From Candidatus Zixiibacteriota bacterium (GTDB lineage Bacteria > Zixibacteria > MSB-5A5 > GN15 > FEB-12), in the NCBI GenBank assembly GCA_036826635.1, contig DAISVY010000003.1, forward strand, positions 31,180 through 95,179: a stretch of 64,000 nucleotides of DNA, read 5' to 3'. The notes under the pieces were generated by a model. That model saw nothing but the letters and a program-made list of their open reading frames with translations, did not search any database and was not told where the DNA came from. A program made the position numbers and the translations under genes. This document shows, piece after piece, positions 19,901 to 27,025 of the stretch. Within the stretch, counting starts at the first letter, position 1; every line of letters begins with the position of its first letter.

Positions 19901-20771
19901 GGCAACGCAGGGAGACACCGAGGTCATGACAGGACGTGCCTGGCTCTCCTCGTTTGATCCTCCCAAACCTTACGTTGCAATACTGGACACCGGTGCCGTA
20001 TTTACCTCGCTCGTTGATGTGGCCGGCATGACCGACGACTCCGTGTATGTCCAGGTCGATCCGTCCGGTGTTCCGACGGGTGTTCACTATGAACATGTTA
20101 TATACTGCGTCGATGAAAACTTAGGTACGGCTCGTCTGACCATCCGCCTGACGGTTGAGCCGTCCGGAGGAACGACCCCCGATAGTGCCTTCGTCGATCT
20201 GGACACGCTGTGTTTCACCGTCACGGAAAACGCGAATGACAGCATTGTGGGCTATGTAAGATTGTTCTCCAGCAATGCGCCGGCGGCTTTCAATGCCGTG
20301 GTGAATGACAGCGCAACTTTCATCGTCTGGTGCGTTAACGGCAGCGGTTTCACCGACGACTCGGTCTGTGTCTGTGTGCTTCCGTGGGATATCGGTGTAG
20401 GAACTCATTACACTTCCATCTCCTATTTCGTGGAGGGAGTCGCCGAGCCGGCCCGACTTGTCGTGTGTCTGACGGTCGAGGGTGCCGAGCACACCACCGT
20501 CGATCTTAGAGCCAATTTCCCCAATCCGTTTAACCCGGTGACCAACATCTCATTTGCCTTGAGTAATCCAGCGACAGTAGAGCTTTCCGTCTACAATGTG
20601 CTTGGTCGGAAAGTCGCCACGTTGATTAACGGAGATCTTCCGGCCGGTGAACACATAGTCGACTGGGACGGCACCGACAATACGGGTCGGGGAGTTTCCA
20701 GCGGCGTTTACTTCTATCGCCTGACAACGGGATCGTTCAGCGAGTCGAAGAAGATGCTGTTGCTCAAATAG
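16995..20771 (+). CDS. Secreted S8 subtilase with seven Ig/BACON-like repeats and a FlgD/T9SS-type C-terminal sorting domain
   Basis: AGGAGG RBS before ATG 16995; signal peptide and propeptide; triad IAVIDGG, GHGTFIAG, WSGTSFAAP and oxyanion AAGN; tail NFPNPFNP...IYNVLG-like...WDG...SSGVYFYRL...KKMLLLK. Confidence 0.93.
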   Translation: MIKKVNRLNSFGPAMVILLTLLLLCMGMTNSVIAGPAEKGMSQDRNYAPDSRDNTGPDGAYVQGELVIKLGGCDSVVIDDICQKYGASVNRYFEDLGIYVLNVNGETDHDSLCSIIESYSCVVFAHPNYRVDPLQPVQGSFPFSDENFAGDYRGQFAATALDLSSAQAIATGAGVRIAVIDGGINYRHPAFEGKAVSGYDFVDDDADAFDESGGPNTGHGTFIAGVIHLVAPDAEIVAYRVSETSGTSDGDLVAEAIVKAVHDGCQVINLSLVVMEEHQVIKAAIEYARENNVIVVVAAGNEQMGSPLYPASDENVIAVAALDSLDQLAEFSRYGSHIDVCAFGEDVYSPFIDTGYAWWSGTSFAAPFVAGQAGLIISQAPEDYTWSHTRQMILETAVSVDAENPDFAGYLGAGVIAPYASLTVSLESDSAWLWEDNKQFTINEGDPDIGPVCLMVSSTNEPAPFTVALSGEATFTTLRDSRGYTGDTLCFDLGGSALSPGYYADTLIFEVEGVDNNPLMAVFELQVNTDTAASDLAWVYPKVQQFTMYEGDETALVRSVSISSSNSPAPYTATLVNDGLFTDLLWDSGMTNDTLSFTVSAVGLTPNVYTDSLSISVEGISSPAWAVIVLQVLPHGTPLDTAWVSSDDLYFEAAEGSSWVDSSCVRLMSTNAPAPYTAYVVGGESSFVSLLNLDGGVTEDYICYIIDPTGLGTGVHRDSMVITVEGVSNSPLIVRFTLNIVGGGDTLAAVSPDTLFFTVVQGDTHVRTGCACLTSFNAPSPYIGINDTDAVFTTLISTAGVTNDTVCLLVDPSLMPVGVHYSRAMFFVDGVAERIDLITCLTVVDEIGPDTAWVSNDSLGFWVEEGTSWLDTGCVLVSSTNASAFYTAEAFGDPLFLSLVDSVGSGSGFTNSLVCFQINHQGLPLGVYKDSLIIDVEGVTNSPLVVPITLTVFTADTLVDISPDTLSFTATQGDTEVMTGRAWLSSFDPPKPYVAILDTGAVFTSLVDVAGMTDDSVYVQVDPSGVPTGVHYEHVIYCVDENLGTARLTIRLTVEPSGGTTPDSAFVDLDTLCFTVTENANDSIVGYVRLFSSNAPAAFNAVVNDSATFIVWCVNGSGFTDDSVCVCVLPWDIGVGTHYTSISYFVEGVAEPARLVVCLTVEGAEHTTVDLRANFPNPFNPVTNISFALSNPATVELSVYNVLGRKVATLINGDLPAGEHIVDWDGTDNTGRGVSSGVYFYRLTTGSFSESKKMLLLK
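18270..20483 (+). repeat. Seven tandem ~105-aa Ig/BACON-like domain repeats inside the S8 protein
   Basis: Each unit begins D(S/T)AW/xVSPDTLxF, contains SxNxPxP(Y/F) and G(Y/V/M/F)T(N/D)D, and ends VEGVxNxP...LxV. Boundaries approximate. Confidence 0.8.
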
Positions 20772-20808
20772 CGGCAGGAGCGGTCTGACTACAGACGCAT
20801 GATTGAGA

Positions 20809-20849
20809 AAAACCCGGCGGTGGCAACGTAAAGTCCATCGCCGGGTTTT
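20809..20849 (+). terminator. Bidirectional-type terminator hairpin
   Basis: AAAACCCGGCGGTGG...CCATCGCCGGGTTTT. Confidence 0.8.
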
Positions 20850-20917
20850 CATGTTTCTCGTTTAATCGGATTCTGCGCCGTGTGCCACTGACGGTAGCGT
20901 GCGATCAAAATTAGAAC

Positions 20918-20946
20918 TTGACAATCGTGTTCGATGGAAGTATGTT
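20918..20946 (+). promoter_or_regulatory. Sigma70-type promoter
   Basis: TTGACA-N17-TATGTT upstream of CDS 21162. Confidence 0.6.
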
Positions 20947-21161
20947 GAAAGTGGTTTGGGGCTCTTCGCATTGTCATCGTGTACATAACCCAGAACAGAT
21001 CGGGAGACTCTCTGATAGCCTTCCGTTTTATAATACTGTGCTTGTGCTTTTACAGGTGTTTTACTCCCTGCGTGTCGGATACGAAGTATCGATGACGTTG
21101 TGATATCGTTGTGGATATTCAAGACTTAATCCACCATAACCCGTTAAGCATAGGAGGAGGG

Positions 21162-21890
21162 ATGAGACAGAAGTGTCTGACAGTATTTGTAGTTGTGCTG
21201 TTCTGTTTGGCGGCTGCAACGGTTTGGCCTCAGGGTCAGTATCTGATTCGCGGTGACGTGGACGGTGATGAGTTCGTGGGTTGGGATGACGTTACCGACC
21301 TGACGATGTACATTAACAGTGGTATACCCATGAATTGTCACAATGCGGCCGATGTGAACGACGATGGCACGGTGGGAGACATAGCGGATTTAAATCATCT
21401 GGTGAGTTTTCTGAATACCGGAGAACCACCGATCCCGGAACCGTATCCCGACTGCGGCATCGATGAGACCGACCCGCTCCCGGGCGAGGATTGCTGTGAT
21501 CCGGGTCAGTTCTTCATTCGCGGAGATGCCAACGGCAACGGCCGTGTGGGCTGGGACGACTATGTGGAGATCCACGAATACCTTTTCGCCAGCACTCCGA
21601 TGGAATGCCACAATGCGGCTGATGTCAATGACGACGGTTTCATAGACCTGAACGACCTGTATCACCTCGGGAATTTCCTGCAATGGGGAGAGCCGCCGAT
21701 TCCGGAGCCGTATCCGTTCTGCGGTCTTGATCCGACCGATCCGCAGCCCGGTGATGATTGCTGTCGACGGAGAATTCTCACGGCTGTGCCGTCGATTACA
21801 CTGATAGGCGCATTGGCTCTGGTAGTTCTTTTGATAGCGATCGGTTCCTGGTTCTATCTGAGAAAGAGGACCAACACGGTCGGTCATTGA
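21162..21890 (+). CDS. Twin dockerin-like domain protein with C-terminal IPTL-CTERM-like membrane anchor
   Basis: GGAGGAGG RBS; signal peptide; two 90-aa units (IRGDxxGxxxVGWDD...CHNAADVNDDG...GEPPIPEPYPxCG...CC) with a 270-nt period; tail VPSITLIGALALVVLLIAIGSWFYLRKR. Confidence 0.8.
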   Translation: MRQKCLTVFVVVLFCLAAATVWPQGQYLIRGDVDGDEFVGWDDVTDLTMYINSGIPMNCHNAADVNDDGTVGDIADLNHLVSFLNTGEPPIPEPYPDCGIDETDPLPGEDCCDPGQFFIRGDANGNGRVGWDDYVEIHEYLFASTPMECHNAADVNDDGFIDLNDLYHLGNFLQWGEPPIPEPYPFCGLDPTDPQPGDDCCRRRILTAVPSITLIGALALVVLLIAIGSWFYLRKRTNTVGH

Positions 21891-21934
21891 ACAATTAACC
21901 GCGGAAGGGCCCCGGTCAAAATTATCCGAAATAC

Positions 21935-21965
21935 AAAACCCGGCGAGAGTCCATCGCCGGGTTTT
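21935..21965 (+). terminator. Bidirectional-type terminator hairpin
   Basis: AAAACCCGGCGA-GAGTCCA-TCGCCGGGTTTT, between convergent ORFs. Confidence 0.8.
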
Positions 21966-22013
21966 CGTATATCTGAGAGCGAAAGCCGCTTTTGCGGCGG
22001 CAGGTTGATCCGA

Positions 22014-22601
22014 TTATGGGCCGAAGTCGGCCAGAGGGCCGTTGACTCGGCGTGAGGTTCGCTTCGGGGTCGTTATTTTGTCGACAAACGTTGAGACCGC
22101 CGGTTTGATCAGTTCGGCCAATACGTAAGCCGCGGCCCGCAACCACCACTGGCGACTGAACACCTGAATAATTACGGCCATTATTTCCGGCGTGTTCCGG
22201 GCCAGGGTCCGTCCCACCACCTGCCAGACTGTCAACTCGTCAGGGTCGGATATCGACGGGTGGTATGGTCGATCTGTTTCCGGTAGCTGCGATGGTTTTT
22301 CCGAAGAAAACTGTCCCGGTGAGTTGTCAATGCGGTATTCCTCGGTTTGGGTTCCCCGGGTAACGTCGCTGTTCATTTTCTTGAGATAATCGCTGGAATA
22401 ACAACGCGGACCGCCATAGACAGAAACGCCCCCGGTCAGCAACATAAGCGTCAGGGCAAGCAGCAGAAGGCGACCGAGTCCGCCGCAGGGCAGGTAAACC
22501 CCGGACGTGCCGTGTCGTGAACCTTCGTCTGTCGGACGGTGCGGATACATCATACCGTATAGCTCTGCAAAAACAGTGCCGCGACGCTCCATGTTACTCA
22601 C
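22014..22601 (-). CDS. Hypothetical protein with one hydrophobic segment
   Basis: Only a substantial ORF filling the gap; hydrophobic LLLLALTLMLLTGG; no recognisable family; start uncertain. Confidence 0.4.
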   Translation of the reverse strand: MSNMERRGTVFAELYGMMYPHRPTDEGSRHGTSGVYLPCGGLGRLLLLALTLMLLTGGVSVYGGPRCYSSDYLKKMNSDVTRGTQTEEYRIDNSPGQFSSEKPSQLPETDRPYHPSISDPDELTVWQVVGRTLARNTPEIMAVIIQVFSRQWWLRAAAYVLAELIKPAVSTFVDKITTPKRTSRRVNGPLADFGP

Positions 22602-23178
22602 CCGATCAGATGCGGAGCTTTGGAAACTGTTTCATATTGCATCAACAGGTATTCTCAGAGGATACCTGACGAGTACATCCCCTTGGATTCCGGGTACAAA
22701 CGAGTCGTGGCGCGGTGTCACCCCTTATATGACAAATTACGCCGGTCGGCGAAGTTTGCAAGCACATTTTGTCTCTCTTATTCGTCTCTATGGTGAGAGC
22801 CGTGCAACCGGGTGCAGATTAAGGGAAGAGGCGACACCGAAGGGCCATCGCCCGGCAGCACCATTGTCGTCTGGCGTCTGCGGAGTAACGGTGCCAATGG
22901 ACAGAACAAGGTTATCAATCTTGATACCGCGTTATTGAATCAGGCTCAGTGCTCGGATGGCGTGTGCAGCATTGAGTGGATACCTGAATACCAACCGTCG
23001 TTTCCAAAGCAGGAGAGAGGTTATATAATCTCCGCTGTTTTTGCCGATTCGGTTGTCTATACATCAGCTTTAAGATTCTCCTCGTTTGACCTCGAGTGAC
23101 CCGTCGCCTACGCGCACAAGTAAGTCGCTGTCCGTCAATGTCTTAACCTGAGGTCGGAATGGTCCGGTCCATAAGCTC

Positions 23179-23206
23179 TTGACAGATAATTAAACCGGGC
23201 TATATT
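23179..23206 (+). promoter_or_regulatory. Sigma70-type promoter
   Basis: TTGACA-N16-TATATT upstream of the C25 gene. Confidence 0.55.
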
Positions 23207-23392
23207 TTTAATGGAAGAACACACTAGGGATTGCTAAGACTTAATGCCCCCTTTACCGCCGTTTTTGTGTATCCCTTGTTAGAGTCAAGCTGCCGGAGAT
23301 CAGTGTCTCCAGGAGAAAATTGCCGATAGTTAATATGCAGGGGCATATTGCCACCGGTAGAAACAGCTACGAATGGGTATTGAGGTTAGTTG

Positions 23393-26300
23393 ATGAGCAT
23401 CAAACAACACCAATCGAAAAGTTATGGGATGACAACCTGTCATGGCATGACCACCCGTCATGGCATGACCGCCTTGACCACGGCTATTGCCACGTTTCTT
23501 ATACTGGCCCTCGGTTTTGCCGTATCTTCGGCCGAGGAAATAACCGCCGAATATACTTTTGAGCGGCCCAGTATCCGACCGGTGACTATGGGAACCGAGT
23601 CCTATGACCACGTAACTATCGAAGGTCTGTCCAACTCGGGCGAAGTGGGCGAGCCGTACCTTCCGGCCTCGGGGGCGAGAATTCTTCTGCCTCCCGGAGC
23701 GGACGTTGAGAGTGTTGAAATAATCCCCGATGAGCCCGTGGTGGTAGCCAGCGGTATCAAAGTTGAACCGGCCGAACGCCCGGTGCCGCTGTCTTCGATG
23801 CCGACCGGTGCCGCCCCGCCGGTGCCCAAAGCTTCGATTTACGAATCCAACGATCCTTTTCCGGCCGTTACTCATGAAACTATCGGGACGCATACTTTCC
23901 GGGGCTACCGTATTCTGGTCCTCAAGCTGTACCCGGTTCAGTATTACCCGGTTTCCGGGGAGCTAAGCTATTTTCCTCGCCTGACGGTCAAAGTCACGAC
24001 CCGCAACGCCACGGCTCAGGTGCCTTCGTTCCGCGGGCTTGTCCGTGATCAGGAAGCTGTTGAACGCCAGGTTGACAATCCTGAGATCGTTTCGCGGTAC
24101 CCGTCGTATCCGATGGCCACCGGCCGCGGGTATGACATGCTGATTCTTACGACCAGTTCGCTGGCTTCCGCTTTCGAACCCCTGAGGACGTATCACAACA
24201 ATACCGGGCTGCTTACCGAGATTCGTACGACTTCCGACGTCGGCAGCAACGATCCCGACGATGTCCGTGATTACATCAGGGACCGGTACAACAATGACGG
24301 TATCCAGTTTGTGCTGATCGGTGGCGACGATGACATTATTCCGGCCAAGGACCTTTACGTTATATCGTGGGAAGGAGACGGTTCCAGTACCGAGTACAAT
24401 ATGCCCGGTGATATATATTTCGCCTGTCTCGACGGTACCTGGAACTACGACGGTGACTCCTATGTCGGTGAACCCGGCGACGGTGAGAGCGGTACGGATG
24501 TCGATCTGATTGCTGAGGTGTATGTCGGTCGCGCTTCGGTCAGTTCTTCTTCCGAGGCCAGTCGTTTTGTCGAAAAAACGCTCGAATATCTCTCCACCCA
24601 AAGCAGCTATCTGGAACGGGTTCTTTTGTGCGGTGAGTATCTCGGATTCGGCGGTGTTTCCGATTATGCCGGGAACATGATGGATGAGATGGTCGACAGC
24701 TCGTACGCCGGCGGTAGTCTTACGGTATGTATTCCCTCGGATAAATTTACCATCGATGAACTGTATGATCGCGACTGGTCCGGTAATGACTGGCCGACTT
24801 CGGAAATAATCAGTCGTATCAACAGCGGCCGGCACATTATCAACCATCTTGGTCACGGTTACAATAATCAGGCCATGAAGATGTACAACAGCACCGTGGC
24901 CAATAACCTGACCAATAACGATCTGGCGTTCGTATATACCCAGGCCTGCCTTTGTGGTCACTTCGACAACACCGACTGCTGGGCCGAGTATATGTCTATC
25001 AAGACGAACCATGCCGCCTTTGCCCTGGTGGCGAACTCGCGCTATGGCTGGGGGGCCGAATATAGTACCGACGGACCTTCCCAGCGTTACAACCGCCAGT
25101 TCTGGGATGCCGTGTTCAACCCGAACGAGAACAAACCGCAGCTCGGTCCGGCCAATCATGATTCCAAGGAAGATAATCTTTACCGGATCAACGAGAGTTG
25201 TATGCGTTGGTGTTACTACGAAACCAACCTCTTCGGCGACCCGGCCGTGCATTTCAGGGGGCTCGGCGGACTGGTATTTGATTACCCGGACGGAACTCCC
25301 TCGACCGTAACCCCGGGTGAGACCACCGATTTCCAGGTTAATGTCAGTGGTGTCAACGGGGGCGATCCGGTTGCCGGCAGCGGACAGTTGCACTACCGCA
25401 TAAACGGTGGTTCGTATTTGTTTGTCTCGATGTCGCAGACGACGGCCAATCACTATACGGCTACTATTCCGGCCCTAAGTTGTGACGAGACGATAGAATT
25501 TTATGTGAGTGCCGAGGAAACTGTCACCGGCCGCGTGTATGACCCCCTGCCCAGTTCACCGAACAGGGCTGTTCCGGTAAATGACTCTCTGGTCGTATTC
25601 TCGGACAATTTCGAGACCGATCAGGGATGGAGTGTTTCCGGTGATGCCGCCGACGGTCAATGGGAGCGCGGTGTTCCGGCCAACGGCAACCGGGGCGACC
25701 CACCGACCGACTACGACGGTTCGGGTCAGTGTTATTTGACCGGCAATGTCGCCGGTACCGACATCGACGACGGGACAACTTATCTCGATTCACCGGTGTT
25801 CGATCTTTCCGACCGTGTCGGCGTGGTGCATTATGCCCGCTGGTACTGTAACGACTACGGTGCGAACCCCAACGAGGATGTCTTCGTCGTATACGTATCG
25901 AACGATGCCGGAACCAACTGGGAGGTCGTCGATACTATCGGTCCTGCCGAGATGGCTTCCGGCGGATGGTATGAAGATTCTTTCCGACCGGGCGATTATG
26001 TTTCTCTTACCGACCAGATGAAAGTTCGGTTTGAGGCCTCGGATTTGGGTGATGGTTCGGTAGTGGAGGCGGCTATCGACGACTTTCGGGTTTACGAATA
26101 CCTTTGCGGTACGATGGCCGACAGTGATGAAGACGGTGTGGCCAATTCTCTCGACAACTGTCCCTTTACGTATAATCCGTACCAGGAAGATGGCGACGAG
26201 GACGGTTACGGCGACGTTTGCGACAACTGCGAGACGGTCTACAATCCCGATCAGGCGGACAGCGATGGGGATGAGTACGGTAATCTCTGCGACAACTGCC

Positions 26301-26824
26301 CCGATGTGGCCAACCCCGATCAGATCGATGCCGATGACGACGGCTATGGAGCCGCTTGTGACTGCGATGATAGTAATGAAGATATCAATCCCGAAACTGT
26401 CTGGTATGCCGATGGTGACAGCGATGGTTTCGGTGCGCCGGGTACGGGTATTACGCAATGCGAGCAGCCGAGCGGTTATGTTCTGAACAATACCGACAAT
26501 TGCCCTTCCGTTTCCAATCCGGGTCAGACCGATACGGATCAGGATGGTTTTGGCGACGCCTGTGATGCCGTCTGCTGTATGGGTGAGCGTACCGGCAATA
26601 TAGACTGCGACGGGGAAGATTTGGTCGATATGGGCGATCTGACCGTATTGATCGATCACTTGTTCATCAGCCTGGCCCCTCTGTCTTGTGTCGGGGAGGC
26701 GGATGTTGACCTGTCCGGTCAGCCGAATCCTGTGCCGACCGATGTCGACATGGGGGATTTGACGGTGATTATTGATCATTTGTTTATCAGTCTTGATCCG
26801 CTGCCGCTTTGTCCGGCAAAGTGA
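23393..26824 (+). CDS. Gingipain-like C25 cysteine peptidase with propeptide, adhesin/MAM-like domain, TSP3-like Ca-binding repeats and C-terminal dockerin-like domain
   Basis: Propeptide (GEVGEPYLP), FVLIGGD, DIYFACLDG, VYVGR, catalytic INHLGHG and QACLCGHFD, NLFGDP; DxDxDG...DNCP repeats; CC...DMGDLTVLIDHLFISL twice. GAGG RBS favours ATG 23393. Confidence 0.92.
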   Translation: MSIKQHQSKSYGMTTCHGMTTRHGMTALTTAIATFLILALGFAVSSAEEITAEYTFERPSIRPVTMGTESYDHVTIEGLSNSGEVGEPYLPASGARILLPPGADVESVEIIPDEPVVVASGIKVEPAERPVPLSSMPTGAAPPVPKASIYESNDPFPAVTHETIGTHTFRGYRILVLKLYPVQYYPVSGELSYFPRLTVKVTTRNATAQVPSFRGLVRDQEAVERQVDNPEIVSRYPSYPMATGRGYDMLILTTSSLASAFEPLRTYHNNTGLLTEIRTTSDVGSNDPDDVRDYIRDRYNNDGIQFVLIGGDDDIIPAKDLYVISWEGDGSSTEYNMPGDIYFACLDGTWNYDGDSYVGEPGDGESGTDVDLIAEVYVGRASVSSSSEASRFVEKTLEYLSTQSSYLERVLLCGEYLGFGGVSDYAGNMMDEMVDSSYAGGSLTVCIPSDKFTIDELYDRDWSGNDWPTSEIISRINSGRHIINHLGHGYNNQAMKMYNSTVANNLTNNDLAFVYTQACLCGHFDNTDCWAEYMSIKTNHAAFALVANSRYGWGAEYSTDGPSQRYNRQFWDAVFNPNENKPQLGPANHDSKEDNLYRINESCMRWCYYETNLFGDPAVHFRGLGGLVFDYPDGTPSTVTPGETTDFQVNVSGVNGGDPVAGSGQLHYRINGGSYLFVSMSQTTANHYTATIPALSCDETIEFYVSAEETVTGRVYDPLPSSPNRAVPVNDSLVVFSDNFETDQGWSVSGDAADGQWERGVPANGNRGDPPTDYDGSGQCYLTGNVAGTDIDDGTTYLDSPVFDLSDRVGVVHYARWYCNDYGANPNEDVFVVYVSNDAGTNWEVVDTIGPAEMASGGWYEDSFRPGDYVSLTDQMKVRFEASDLGDGSVVEAAIDDFRVYEYLCGTMADSDEDGVANSLDNCPFTYNPYQEDGDEDGYGDVCDNCETVYNPDQADSDGDEYGNLCDNCPDVANPDQIDADDDGYGAACDCDDSNEDINPETVWYADGDSDGFGAPGTGITQCEQPSGYVLNNTDNCPSVSNPGQTDTDQDGFGDACDAVCCMGERTGNIDCDGEDLVDMGDLTVLIDHLFISLAPLSCVGEADVDLSGQPNPVPTDVDMGDLTVIIDHLFISLDPLPLCPAK
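23421..23474 (+). repeat. Three 18-bp tandem units in the C25 leader
   Basis: GTTATGGGATGACAACCT / GTCATGGCATGACCACCC / GTCATGGCATGACCGCCT (xGMTT-type hexapeptides). Confidence 0.85.
26573..26824 (+). repeat. Cys-flanked dockerin-like tail, copy 1 (copy 2 at 29207-29449)
   Basis: CCxGxxxGNxD...VDMGDLTVLIDHLFISLxPLxCxxExDVDxSGQPxP...DVDMGDLTxxIDHLFISLxPLPxCP is nearly identical in both proteins while synonymous sites differ. Confidence 0.9.
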
Positions 26825-26844
26825 GCGTTTCGAGTAAAACCCGG

Positions 26845-26877
26845 GGCCATTCGCTGATTGGGCGGATGGCCTTTTTT
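26845..26877 (+). terminator. Rho-independent terminator
   Basis: GGCCATTCGC/GCGGATGGCC stem plus T6. Confidence 0.85.
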
Positions 26878-27025
26878 ATTAGAGAGAGTCTGTTTGACGA
26901 ATGGATATATTTTTATATATTTATGATGAGGACGGTGGTCGAGTCGGATTCGGCTGCTGTGTCGTCTGTTTCTTATTCGCTGGCTTTCAGAACATAAGTT
27001 GAAAACTGACCATATCGGAGGCAAT

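Noticed and set aside
12639-20900. CRISPR array or type III-E cas genes near the TPR-CHAT/sigma pair
   Set aside because: No regularly spaced repeats and no Cas7-11-like ORF anywhere in the window.
20950-21161. Riboswitch in the long leaders here and at 23210-23390
   Set aside because: No recognisable c-di-GMP, TPP, SAM, cobalamin or T-box core and no leader terminator seen; an Rfam scan would be decisive.
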